A DNA stretch of 64,000 nucleotides from an uncultured Chloroflexia bacterium (GCA_963810095.1 CAWEMM010000012.1:224001-288000), one strand, 5' to 3'. Numbered from the stretch's first letter, positions 45,797-58,497 are shown. Translations and numbers: made by a program. Notes: generated by a model not told the origin, from the sequence alone.

Positions 45797-47693
45797 ATGG
45801 AAGCTGATTTCGCGACACCCGGCTCGCGGCCGGGACGATCCGCTTTACGATGAAGGGCTGGCGCACGTGCAGGCCGGCGAATGGACCGCGGCGCTGCGCT
45901 GCTTCGAGACGCTGGCCGAGCGCTACCCGGGCGACGCGGATGTCGTCCGGAACCTGGACCAGACGCGGTTCCGCGCCCGGCTGGACAAGGAAACCAAGGT
46001 CAAGCCGAAGGGCGTTCACGATTCGCTGGGGCCGCGTCATCCGCCGCGTGCTGATCGTGGTGCTGCTGGCCGCACTGGCCTATGCGGTCGTTCTTGCTCG
46101 TCACGACGCAGATCGCCCCGCGCTCCAGCGCAAAGCGCGCGAGCGGAACGCGTTCCTGGCCCTGGTGAAGAACTGTAAGGACATGGCCGAGGGCGTCGAC
46201 TTCGCCGGCGCTCGCGCCGCCTGCCAGGCCGTGCTGCAGAAAGATCCGAACAACACGGATGCTCCGGCGCTCCTCCTCGTCATCGACAAGAAGGAGCAGG
46301 AGAAGAAGGCCTGCGACGAGGCCGAGGCGCTGCTGAATAAGGGCGACGACCAGGCCGCGCTCGACGCGTTCACCACGATCCAGCTCAAGAACCCCGGCGC
46401 CTGCAAGGCCGTCGAGCGCATCCAGGTCCTGAAGGACCGCCTGGACGTCGCCGGCGTCCTGAAGCTGTGCCGCGACGCCGCAGCCGCGGACAACTACGAG
46501 CAGGTGACTAACTTCTGCGAGCAGGTGCGAACGCGTAACACGACCCTCGAGGCCGAGGCCATCGCGGGCTACCTCCACAAGGCATACTTCGCGCTCGGCA
46601 AGGCGATGGTCGAGCAGAAGCCGCCCCAGCTCGAGCAGCTGCCGCTCGCCCTGGACGATTTCACCAAGGCGCTTTCATTTGCGCCAAACGACCCGGAGGC
46701 TCAGGCCGAACAGCGGCTGGCAAGCCAGTACCTGGCCGGCCAGCAGGCCCTGGAGGTGGGACGGCTCGACGACGCCATCGCCCGGCTCGCGCCGGTGGTC
46801 GAGCAGCGCCCGAAATACCTGGATGGGCTCGTCGTCCAACGTCTCTACGACGCCTACTTGCGCCGGGGCGACCAGTACCGCGACGCCGGCGACCCCAGCC
46901 TGGCGTACCACAACTATGACCTTGCGGCACGGCTGCCGGGCATCGATCCGGCCAGCGCGATCAACCGCCGCGACAGTGTCGCCGGCCTCCTGACACCGAC
47001 GCCCACGCCGACCAACACGCCGACGATCACGCCGATTCCGACTGCCACGCCCTACGTCCCGCCCAAGCCGACGCCGCTGCCCACGCCCCCGCCGCCGCTC
47101 GCAACCTTGCGAGGCAAGATCGTCTTCTTCTCGGCCAAGCCCGAGCAGGAGGGCATGTGGGTCATGAATCCGGACGGAACGGGGAAGCGCTACCTGGGGC
47201 CGGTTACCGAGCAAGATGCAGAAGGAATACGACGAGCTGCGCAAGAAGGAGACCTTCTCGCCCGACGGCCGGTTCCACGTGTACGCGCTGAAAGGCAACG
47301 GCGACGTGACCGTCCAGGTCTACTACCAGGGCAAGGACCGGGACGGCTACCTGGTGACCCAGCGGGTCACGAATTTCTCGCAAGATCTGCCTACGACCCG
47401 GTCTGGGCGCCCGATGGCAGCCGGATCGCATTCGTCAGCCCCGAGCAGGGCAGTGACGATATCTGGATCGATCTACCCCGACGGCACGGACGCGTGGAAC
47501 TACACGCAGACGAAGGACCGCGTGGGAGTGGGACAAGTGGCCCACCTGGTCGCCCGACTCTCGCCAGATCGCCTTCTGGTCGAACCGGGAAGGGACCAAG
47601 CAGCTTTACGTCATCGACGCCGACGGCCGCAACCTGAGAAAGATCAGCGGCGACGCGCCGTGGGACGAGTACAACCCGTTGTGGATCAAGTAG
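45797..47693 (+). CDS. Membrane-anchored TPR protein with Pro/Thr linker and PD40/TolB-like propeller (frameshifted)
   Basis: N-terminal TPR, TM VLIVVLLAALAY, further TPRs, TPTPT linker, PVWAPDGSRIAFVS, PTWSPDSRQIAFWS. Confidence 0.8.
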
Positions 47694-47837
47694 ATGAGGC
47701 CGTTCTTCCACGGAGACAGGAGAACCGAAGGCACAATGACGCAGCACCCTTCATTGAGCCCTTTGTGGACCTTTGAGGCTTGGCGTCTTCTTGTGAGCAT
47801 GGATGCACTGACCAGACCCTGATTGACGAGGTGAACC

Positions 47838-49193
<1,356 letters not shown>

Positions 49194-49199
49194 TCGTGA

Positions 49200-49830
49200 C
49201 CTGTTGTTGGGGGCCGTCGGGCCCCCCGCCATAGGGCTTGGATCCTTTACTTTTGTTGGGGGCCGTCGGGCCCCCAACGCCCCCGACAGGGGGCTGCGCC
49301 CCCTTGACCCCTAAAGGATCACGGGGATATGCGGTTTCTGCCGCAAAGCGTAGGCTGTGGTCGACGTGGGCGGGCCTCCCGGCAGCGGCTCCAATAAAAC
49401 TGATATTTCGGGACAGAGCCGCAGAAGGCCCCGGGTAGCCTGGACTTCCGACTCCTACCCGGGCTCACTATTGCCGAGCAGCGTACCTTTTTGGGGGTCT
49501 CGGGGGCGAAGCCCCTGAGGCGGCGGGGTGGCGGGGGCCAGCCGGCCTCCTGCCAGAAGAAACCAAGATGCGAAACGCTGGCGGGGGCCAGCCGGACCCT
49601 GCCAAAAGCGAAGGAAACCAGGAGCTCTGAGGGCGAACCCGCTCCAACGGCAGGCCGGCCTTCGATCCCGCACGAAATCGGCATTTGCGCCAAGCAAGCA
49701 GGCAACGCCGCCGTCGCCCGCAGCACCCGGGTCCTACCGGCGCACAACACCGCCAGGGGCGTAACCTTGGGGGGTCTTGGGGGCGCAGCCCCTAAGGCGG
49801 GGGTGTCGGGGGCGAGCCCGCCCCGCAACA
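49200..49830 (+). repeat. Intergenic cluster of GC-rich REP-like repeats
   Basis: tgttgggggccgtcgggccccc twice; TTGGGGGTCT(C/T)GGGGGCG(A/C)AGCCCCT near 49490 and 49768. Confidence 0.75.
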
Positions 49831-49869
49831 CAGGAAAAGGATCAGCGATGCCGACAGTACTAGGAAACC

Positions 49870-50912
49870 ATGCCACAACCACTAACCGCGCTGCAGCTCG
49901 AAGCCACCGGCCCGGCCACCCTGGCCGAGGTCATGGAGGAGGTCGAGTTCCAGGCGCAGAACGGCAAAGCCGAACGCCTGCGTCCCATCCCGACCGGCTT
50001 CACGCCGCTCGACGACATCCTCAACGGCGGCCTGCGTTCGGGCGAGCTCATGATGGTCGGCGGCACCTTCGGCGTCGGCAAGACCATCTGGGCCCTCCAG
50101 GTGGCCCGCAATGCCGTGGTGAACGACGCGACCGCCCACCGCGCTGTACATCTGCTATGAGCACGACCGGCCCCATCTGCTGTCCCGCCTGCTCTGCATG
50201 GAGAGCGCCGAGCGCGGCTATCGCGAGGACGCACTCACGCTCAAGAAGCTGGCAGACCTCACCCTGTCGTCGCAGGGCGGAACCGGCGGCCTGATCGCCC
50301 GCCTGCGCAAGGTGCCGCGCTACGCGCCGATCATGCAGGCGCTCGACTCCTACGGTGACCGCCTGATCCTCGCCAAGGCGAGCGGCGACCACACCGGCCT
50401 CGACCAGGTGCGCACGTGGGTGCAGGATGAGGTGGCCGCCGGCGCCACCCGGCTGCTGGTCGTCGTCGACTACCTGCAGAAGATCCCGGTGCGTCTCAAC
50501 ACCCTCGAGCCCGAGACCGAAGTCACCACTTATCTGACCCAGGGCCTGAAAGAAATGGCCATGGCCCTGGGCGTGCAGGTGCTCGCGATCGCCGCGTCCG
50601 ACCGGATCGGCCTGAAGTCGAAGCGCATGCGGCTGGCCGATCTGCGCGGGCAGCTCCGCGCTCCAGTACGAGGCCGATATCGGCTTGATCATGAATAACA
50701 AATACACCATCATCAGTCGCGAACACATGGTGTATAATGTGTCACAAGCAGATGCGATGCGTGGCTGGGTAGTCATGAGCGTGGAGAAGAACCGGGCCGG
50801 CCGCAACGCGGTCGACATGGAATTCCAGCTCGACGCGTCGCACTTCCGGATGGTATCGAAGGGCGACTTCGTCCGCGAGCGTCTGGTGGACGAAAAGGTC
50901 GTCCTGGAGTAG
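49870..50912 (+). CDS. Stand-alone DnaB-like (RecA-fold) ATPase without the DnaB N-terminal domain (two frameshifts)
   Basis: IPTGFTPLDDILNGGL, GTFGVGKT, YICYE, VVVDYLQ, DLRGSSALQYEAD, EKNRAG. Confidence 0.85.
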
Positions 50913-50922
50913 TCGCCGCCTT

Positions 50923-50982
50923 GGCATCCTGAGCGAAGGGCTGGGCGTCGCCTGGGCGACGCCCGCACGCAGTCGAAGGATC
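50923..50982 (+). repeat. CATCCTGAGCG...GTCGAAGGAT REP-like palindrome
   Basis: Related copies at 57789-57840 (reverse), 57851-57902 and 58452-58497. Confidence 0.75.
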
Positions 50983-51003
50983 GCCCACGGAGAGCGACAT
51001 CAC

Positions 51004-52803
51004 ATGGCCGAATTGCTCGCAGCTGAGGGATGGGTCAAGGCAGGCTCGGCAGGGTCATACCTGAGAGAAAACCTGCCCAGCGACTACATCGTCGTGGCAG
51101 ACGCGCGCGCGTGTCAGGCCAATCGCTGGCCGCTGCGGTCGTCGGCCACGGCGCGCTCTTCCTCATCGAAGACCTCAACGCGGAGCCGGGCGAGGCCGCG
51201 GCTTTGCCCGCGTCCGGTGGCAAGAACGGGCACGGTCCGGTGGGCGCAGCCGAAAACTTCCTCAAGGACGAATTCCCGGCGCTCAAGCTGTTCCTCATGG
51301 CCGTGCGCGGCGCGCGCGACTGGGCCGAGGGCCCCGTGACCTGGCGGGTTTCTGAACCGCTGGAGTGGGCGGATCAGCCGCTGGCCGACGTGATCGTGGC
51401 CGCCGACAAGGAAGTCGTCGCATCGCTCGACGACGACCAGCGCGAGGAGCTGGCCATCGGGCTCCGCGACCGGCAGCTGACCGCCACCCAGGCCGCCAGC
51501 AAGCCGTTCATGTTCCCCTCCGGCGGCGCATTTCGCACGGGCACCCGCGTCACCAGCGTCCGCCAGGCGATCGACCACATGGACCGCTACCCCTCAGACG
51601 GCGCGCAGGTGCTCCGCGATGGCACGCTGGCAGCCTGGTTCGAGGACGAAGGCGCGCACCATCTCGCGGGCCTGGCCCGGGATGTGACCCGCCAGTCGAA
51701 GACCGACACTCGCATCATGCTCGAGACCTTCCTCCTCGGCACCGGCCTGGTCGAGCGTCCCCGCCTGGTAACCCGGCCCGCCCGGGTGGAGCTTGGGCTG
51801 GTCGTCCAGGGGCAGAAGGTGGCGCACCGGCTCCGGCTTGAGAACGGAGCGCGGCAGCCGGGGCTTCCTCTTCGGCAGCGTCACGGCGTGCGGCCCGTGG
51901 TTGCGGGTGGAGCCGCGGGAGTTCGCCGGGCACGCCGGTCGAGTTAGTGGTCACGGCCGAAACCGGCGCCCTGCCGATTTCGTCCGCATCCTACCTCTCA
52001 GACGTCGAGATCAGCTGCAGCGGGAGCGTCGAGCCGGTCTGCGTGCCCGTCACCGTGTCCGTCGTCGCAGCGCCGCCCGGGTTCATCCGCCTCGGCGTCC
52101 GGCCGCTGGCCGGGTTTCTGCTCGGCGCCCTGCTCGGCGCGTTGATCGCGCTGCTTTGGCGGGCCACGGGTCTCGTCGGCGACCACAACCTGCTCCTCTG
52201 GACGACCGCGCTGGCCGCCGTGTGGGGGCTGGCGGGCGGGGTCCGTGCCTTGCGCCAGCCGGGAGCCTGGCCGACCCGTGTCGCTCTGCCCCGTTGGCTG
52301 CTTAAGGTGCTCGCATGGAGCGCCGGCCTCGCCCTCCTGGCCGCGGTGATCATGGAAGCGTGGCGTCTTGGGCTGGGCGGTGGGCTTGAGTTCGAGGGAG
52401 TGTCGCTGGCAGCCGCGGCAGCAGCCGGCGCGGCATTCGGTTTCGCGGCCGCCACCCTCGACGAGCTTGCGCACAGCCGGCATGCGTCCGACCCCGGCTA
52501 CGTGCACGGCAAGCGCTCCAGCCGGCGGCCGGTGCTCTTCGCCGTGGCAGGCATCGTGCTGGTGCTGGCCGCACTGCTCACCCCCCGGGTGATTGCGACC
52601 GCAGGTGAACCGGAGCGAGGTGCAGGCCGAGGCGGCGCCCGGCCCGGAACTGGGCTGAGGCCCGCTGGAACGAGCTGACGATCGATGGACAAGCTGATCT
52701 ACAGCCTGACGCTCAGTACGACCAGAAGGAGCCCGGGGTCGTCGGGCCAGCCCACGCCCGGCCCGCTGATAAGCTCCCCGAGCGGCAGAAGCTGGATCAC
52801 TGA
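51004..52803 (+). CDS. Multi-domain membrane protein: degenerate NERD-like N-terminus, helical domain, BACON/Ig-like domain, several TMs (frameshifted; end approximate)
   Basis: LRENLPSDYIVV...AAVVGHGALFLIE; LRDGTLAAWF; RGFLFGSV...PWLRVEP; hydrophobic C-terminus. Confidence 0.6.
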
Positions 52804-52822
52804 TGTGCGGCGGGAGGAACGT

Positions 52823-53260
52823 ATGAGGCGAGCTGAACGGGGGGCGAACTGGTCGAGTTCGCGATCGTCGTGCCGCTGCTTGATCCTGTGATCTGCGGGA
52901 TCGTCGATGTCGGCAGCGCTTCTACGGGTACATCGTGGTCGACGAATGCGGTGGGCGAGGGAGCACGGTACGGCGCACGTGGCCGGACGACACTGCGGGA
53001 ATTATCCAGCGGGTGAAGGACGAGATGGGGAACAGCAGGTGCGCTTCTTTGCCACCTGTAGAGACGCCCCGATGAGCAAGCCGGCGGTCAGCTCGAGGAG
53101 CATTCGAGGTCAGCGTCATGTGCAAGTTCGAACCCATAACACCGTTCATTGCGGCTTTGGGACCGGAGGACAGTTGACGATTTCCAAGCACGGCAGCGAA
53201 TATCAGGGCATCTCATAGCTCCTGCTGTCAATGGGCAGCTCCGGGACGTTCTGCGAAGGG
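52823..53260 (+). CDS. tadE: Second TadE-like minor pilin, heavily frame-disrupted (end approximate)
   Basis: RBS ggagg; rejoined frames give MRRAERG..LVEFAIVVPLLIL.ICGIVDVG..FYGYIVV.NAVGEGARYGA. Confidence 0.65.
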
Positions 53261-53282
53261 CGGAAGGAGAGAGAAAGATGAT

Positions 53283-54320
53283 ATGCATTGCGGCGAATCC
53301 GGGCAGACTCTGGTGCTGGTAGCAGTGTTGCTCGTCGTCCTTTTGGGCTTTACCGCTCTCGCCATCGATGTGGGGAGCCTATACGGAGAGCGGCGGCGCA
53401 TGCAGAACGCGGCCGACGGGGCTGCTCTTGCAGGGCGCAGAAGAATTGTGTCTGGGCAAAGGCGGAAGTGCGCGATAGCCATGGCGAACAGACTATGCCA
53501 CAACGAACGGGGCGACAGTGGGCAACCCCTGTTCCACTCCAATCGGAAGTAGCAACCTGTCTCCATCACGGTTACCACCGGGAAGACCTCTGGCACGTTC
53601 CTCGGGGCGGTTCGGCCCAACGTCGGCAGAGGTAGCAGCGGTCGCGTCGGCAAGATGTGAAGCGCCTGGCACTGGCATCCCAACGTTCCCGATGACGATC
53701 AAGCATCAACAGTATCAAGGATCTTCAGTGCGGCGACACCGAGTTAATCACGGTCGAGAATGCACCTGTCATGTCCCCCTGCCCCAGCTCATGCGACTGT
53801 GACCATGTCTTCACGGGTCAATCACACCGACACGAACTCGGAGCGCGGACTGGTTCGAAGCGTCGAACATCTGCGGGACAGGAACCGAGGTCCGACTGCC
53901 AGCATTAAAGACGCCATGCCGTGGGGTAGCTGGCAAAATGACCGGTATTCACGTCGGGAGTTGCCTTGATCCAAAAACCGGAGCGACACGGGCACGTCGG
54001 GGCAACGGAAAGGGCAAGGACCTGAGGATTGGCTCGACCTTCAGACAGGCGACACCGCGAAGGTTGTCTTCCCGCTGTTCGACCAATTTAACAACTCCTG
54101 TGGCTCGGGTTGCTTGGCATACAGGGTGAGCGGTTTTGCTTGTGTCGATCTTGACCTCTCAACTGCCAGATACGACCGAAGACTGTGCCAGCCGCAGCGA
54201 GCAAGGTTGACCGGGCCTCAAACAGCAGACGACGAGCGGCGATCGCGCAAGTTAGACCGGGCTCAGCGGCGGAAATCCCCGGGGGACGGGACGATCTCAC
54301 GCCGCCCAGATACCGTATAA
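53283..54320 (+). CDS. tadG: TadG-like minor pilin/tip protein, heavily frame-disrupted
   Basis: ESG|QTLVLVAVLLVVLLGFTALAIDVG..Y.ERRRMQNAADGAALAG; TAATG overlap with the next gene. Confidence 0.75.
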
Positions 54321-55041
54321 TGAGTGTCCAGCTGATCGCCTGGCGCTGTTGCCGCCTCAGCGGCGTCTTCACCGGGGAGAAGCGGCATGGCAGCAGATAT
54401 CCTACAGAAGGGGCGAACGGCCGCGGCACTCCAGCGGGCGAGCGGCGTTTCCGGTCATCCAAGTACGCTCACCCTTCCCTGGTACTTCTTCACCAAGGGC
54501 CGCTGCCCGCACTGTGGCGAGCAGCGGCCTCTTCGCGCCCCGCTCCTCGAACTGGCGGTGATCGCCGCGTTCGTCTTCATTGCGTGGCGCTTTTGGCCCG
54601 ACCCCGTTCGGCGATCGCGTCGCTCTACTGGGCCTACGCCTGGTTCCTGCTGACCGTGCTGGTCATCGACCTGGAGCACCGGCTGGTGCTGAACGTGATG
54701 ACCCTGCCCGCCGCCGTCATCGCCCTGGCCGCCAGCTTCCTCCCGGCGCGCCCACGCCGGTCGAGGCGCTGATCGGCGGTGCGGGCGCATTCGTCGTCTT
54801 CTTCCTCATCGCCCTGATCGGCCGGGGTGCGATGGGCATGGGCGACGTCAAGCTGGCCGGCGTGATCGGCCTCATGCTCGGCTATCCGCTCGTGGTGCCC
54901 GCCCTGCTCGCCGGGATCCTGCTCGGCGGCCTCGCGGCCGCCCTCCTGCTCATCACCCGTCGCGCCACCCGTAAAACCGCCATCGCCTACGCGCCCTACC
55001 TCTGCGCCGGCGCGCTCGCGATCCTGGTGTTGATGAAGTAG
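54320..55041 (+). CDS. Prepilin peptidase, A24 family (frameshifted)
   Basis: GRCPHCGE, VIDLEHRL, GMGDVKL, AYAPYL. Confidence 0.9.
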
Positions 55042-55084
55042 TAGGCCCGACCGCGGCGGTCCGGCCCGCAGTGGACCTGCGTTT

Positions 55085-55990
55085 CATGCGCATCGCGCCA
55101 CGAACGCCCCCTACGGCGACGCGACCCCCTCTTTATGGGCATTAACCTGGCGAAGGGCGTAACCTTTGGGGGTTTCGGGGGCGAAGCCCCTGAAGCGGGG
55201 GCGTTGGGGGCAAGCTTGCCCCCAACAATCTAAACCCGCTCGGCTACACACCGCGATTCTGTGGCTCGCGAGATGTGCAAGGCCCGCCTCGCCGACGACC
55301 AGCGTTCTGTGTGCAACGTCCGGCCAGCGCCCCCCGGTGACGATGCGATCCCGCTCTTGACGGCGGTCAACCTCGCTAGGGGCGTCGCGATTGGGGGTCT
55401 CGGGGGCCAGCCGGCCCCCGCCGAAAGAAACCTGCGGCGAGGGTGGCAGGGGCGAGCCTGTCCTCCGCCACGCACGAGACCAGCATTCGTGCCAGGCCAT
55501 TACAGCAACGCCACCGGCGCCAGCACACCTGGCGCCCACGACGGCTCAGCACCGCCAGGAGCGTGCCCTTTGGGGGTTGCGGGGACGAGCCGGCCTCCGC
55601 CGCAAGCAACCCTGAGGCGAGGGTAGCAGGGACGAGCCTGCCCTCCGCCTCGCACGAGACCAGCATTCGTGCCAGGCCATTACAGCAACGCCACCGGCGC
55701 CAGCACACCTGGCGCCCAGTGCGACTCAGCACCGCCAGGAGCGTGCCCTTTGGGGGTCTCGGGGCGCGAAGCCCCTGAGGCGAGGGTGGCAGGGCCGAGC
55801 CTGCCCTCAGTCCTCGCACGAGAACGGCATTCGTGCCGGGCCATTACAGCAACGCCACCGGCGCCAGCACACCTGGCGCCTACGACGGCTCAGCACCGCC
55901 AGGAGCGTGCCCTTTGGGGGTCTCGGGGGCGTGCCGCCGCAGCGGGTTGCCCCTTGAGGCGGGGGTGGCGGGGGCCAGCCGGTCCCCGCC
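55085..55990 (+). repeat. Array of composite repeats: three near-identical units of about 165-180 bp plus two diverged units
   Basis: gcacgaga..gcattcgtgcc.ggccattacagcaacgccaccggcgccagcacacctggcgcc...gctcagcaccgccaggagcgtgccctttgggggt at about 55471, 55651 and 55815. Confidence 0.9.
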
Positions 55991-56015
55991 GAAAAAAACA
56001 ATTCCGGAGCACACC

Positions 56016-56382
56016 ATGACGCCACCAAGCAAAACCTACCAACTCGTCAACACCACGAACGGCACGACGGTCGCCCAGACAACCCGCCTCGCCGACAACC
56101 CCTGGACCAGCTTCAAGGGGCTGATGGGCGCCGCGCCCCTGCCCGCCGGGCGAGGCCCTCCTCATCACCCCCTCCTCCTCCATCCACACCCACTTCATGC
56201 GCTTCGCCATTGACGTTCTTTATGTCAATAAAGACGACATGATCGTCGGCATCGACCGCGACCTGAAGCCCTGGCGCTTCGGCCACTTCTACAAGGGCGT
56301 CAAATACGTCGTCGAAATGTCCTCCGGCGGCGCCAAAGACTGCCAGGTCGGCGACAGGATCGAGCGAAAGTCTCTGGACTAA
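56016..56382 (+). CDS. DUF192 protein (frameshifted)
   Basis: LADNPWTSFKGLMG, SIHTHFMRFAIDVLYV, VVEM..G...GDRI. Confidence 0.88.
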
Positions 56383-57509
56383 GTCAGGGGCGTCTCGGTG
56401 ATCGTGCGGACCATCGCCCACAGGTTCTCCATCGGCGTGTCAAGCTGCACGTGGTGCGTCGGGCCCGATGATCAGGCCCCCACCTCGGCCCACGGTCGCC
56501 AGTCGCTGGCAGACCTCGTCCCGCACCTGCTCGGGCGTGCCAAACGGCAGCGTGTACTGTTCGTCGATCGTGCCCCAGAAGCACAACCGGTCCCCATACT
56601 GGCGCTTCAACTCGGCCGGGTCCATGCACGCGGGCTGGATCGGGTTCAGGACGTCGACCCCCACCTCGATCAACTCCGGGATGATCGGCGTCACGTTGCC
56701 GTCCGAGTGGTAGGCCACTTTCAGCGCCGGGTTGATCCCCTTAATCGTGCTGATGAACTCGGCCATCCGGGGCTTGAGGAACTTGCGCCAGTGCCGCGGC
56801 GAGAAGAGCATCCCCTGCTGCTGCCCCACGTCGTCGCCGATCCAGATCATGTCGACGCCCATCTCCGTGAGGCGCTTCGCCGCCGCAAGGTGATAGCGGA
56901 AGGGGATTTCGAGAATCTCGTCGGCAAGGTCGGGATCGCTCACGAAGTCGGACAGCAGCCGCTCATACCCGCGCAGCGCCCAGGCGCACTCGAAGATCGT
57001 AGTGACCGTGACGCCGACAATCCAATATTCGTCCTTCAGCGTCCGGATCACCCGCTCGGCCTCCACGTAGAGCTCGGGCCGGTTTGGGTCGGGCGCGCGG
57101 TATTGCGAGAGCGCGCCCTTGTCCGCCAGCGGATGGCCGGTGATTTCCGTGTACTGCCCCACCCCGTAAGGCGTCTCGTACGGCACGTTGTGAAAGCCAA
57201 TGCCCCACTCGTCCACATAGTCGTGCTCCGCGGCATAGTACGAGTTCGCCCACCCCACCGACGTCTGGAGCATGTCCTCGTCGAGGGCCATTTCGAGCTC
57301 GTAGGTGTTGCCCCCGCCGTGCGGGTTGTGCCCCGCCACATGTTCGTCAACCGCATCGCTATGGGGCCGGTCTCCCCGTGGCGCGTCCCCTTCAGCGCCA
57401 GGTCCGCACGCAGGCGCTCGGCAAACTCGGGCGTGAAGCTGATCGACATGGGGCAGCGGTCGGGCACGCGCCCGTTCAGCGCGGCCCAGACCCGTTCGCG
57501 ATGTTTCAT
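56379..57509 (-). CDS. Uroporphyrinogen decarboxylase/MtaA-CmuA-family protein (frameshifted)
   Basis: RERVWAAL...PDRCP, DEWG, LRGYE, GDDVG.Q, YHSDG, LNPIQP, FWGTID.Q, PTHHVQ.DTP.EN. Confidence 0.9.
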
Positions 57510-57591
57510 GGTCACCTCGTATAATCGCATGATCCGAACCCTCGGAGGACCACGCCCCCGTGGGTCTCATATCTTCGCGTCAAGCCAAGGG

Positions 57592-57688
57592 AATTGGACA
57601 CTGATTGAAAGGATCCGACTGATTCTCATGATCTTTTTCGAAAAGGACAGTGCAGATCAGTTCAATCAGTTGCATCAGTGTCCCATTT
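57592..57688. repeat. Long imperfect palindrome (GGACACTGAT...ATCAGTGTCC)
   Basis: ggacactgattgaaaggatccgactgat...atcagttcaatcagttgcatcagtgtcc; a similar structure lies at 58516-58607. Confidence 0.6.
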
Positions 57689-57788
57689 CAGATGAGTGTA
57701 AACTGCTCGCAACGCGAGGTTGCGCATGTAGTGCGAGCTTTCCACTTTGCGATCAGTTTAGGTACAAGGACACTGATTCTGTCGGGTC

Positions 57789-57902
57789 GCATCCTTCGAC
57801 TGCGGCACGCCAGCTGCGCTGGCGCCTCCGCTCAGGATGCTTCAAGCTCAGGCATCCTGAGCGGAGGGCGGTCCGCAGGAGCGCCCGCAGTCGAAGGGTG
57901 CC
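57789..57902. repeat. Inverted pair of CATCCTGAGCG REP-like elements
   Basis: gcatccttcgactgcg...cgctcaggatgc then ggcatcctgagcg...cgcagtcgaagggtgcc. Confidence 0.75.
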
Positions 57903-57932
57903 AAGCGTCATGGTTCATCAGATTCGCTATTC

Positions 57933-58277
57933 ACGCATGGTTCCTGCCGGTCCCGCCTCATCCCCCGCACAGTCACTTATCCGGGCGAACGTGTACCCGC
58001 AGCGTTGCCTTTGGGGTTCCAAGGGGCGCAGCCCCTGGTCGGGGGCGGCGGGGGCAAGAGCGCCCCCGCCAACCTAGTCGCCAGGCGGCGCACGGCAGAG
58101 ACCGGTCCCGTCTGATTCTCGGATAGATTCTAAATACACGCATGGTTCCTGCCGCCCCGCCTCATCCCCCGCACAGTCACTTATCCGGCAAACGCGTACC
58201 CGCAGCGTTGCCTTTGGGGTTCCAAGGGGCGCAGCCCCTGGTCGGGGGCGGCGGGGGCAAGAGCGCCCCCGCCAACC
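57933..58277 (+). repeat. Direct duplication of about 140 bp ending in the G-rich element
   Basis: cacgcatggttcctgcc...cctttggggttccaaggggcgcagcccctggtcgggggcggcgggggcaagagcgcccccgccaacc at 57933 and 58137. Confidence 0.9.
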
Positions 58278-58451
58278 AGTCATCATGCATAAGCCGATTA
58301 TTTCACTGTGTTCGGGGATCAGGAGCAGCCGGGGCAGGTCCGCCCCTTCGCAGCCGCTGCGGCAGATATGGCGAGGGTAGCACGACTTCGTGCTGGGGTC
58401 AAACACCTGGGTGGGCGGGACGCGTTTCAGAGTGGGGGCAAGGTCAGCGGA

Positions 58452-58497
58452 GCATCCTGAGCGGAGCGGAGTGAAACGTAGCGCAGTCGAAGGATGC
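58452..58497 (+). repeat. CATCCTGAGCG REP-like palindrome
   Basis: gcatcctgagcggagcggagtgaaacgtagcgcagtcgaaggatgc. Confidence 0.75.

Noticed and set aside
49870-50912. Chromosomal replicative helicase dnaB
   Set aside because: Only about 345 aa, no N-terminal domain, altered H3 motif and tad context
55390-55990. CRISPR array
   Set aside because: Units are about 165-180 bp and near-identical over more than 100 bp; no unique spacers and no cas genes
56379-57509. True hemE
   Set aside because: Motifs (GDD.G.Q, HSDG, LNPIQ) fit the broad MtaA/CmuA-like subfamily; the HemE RQAGR motif is absent
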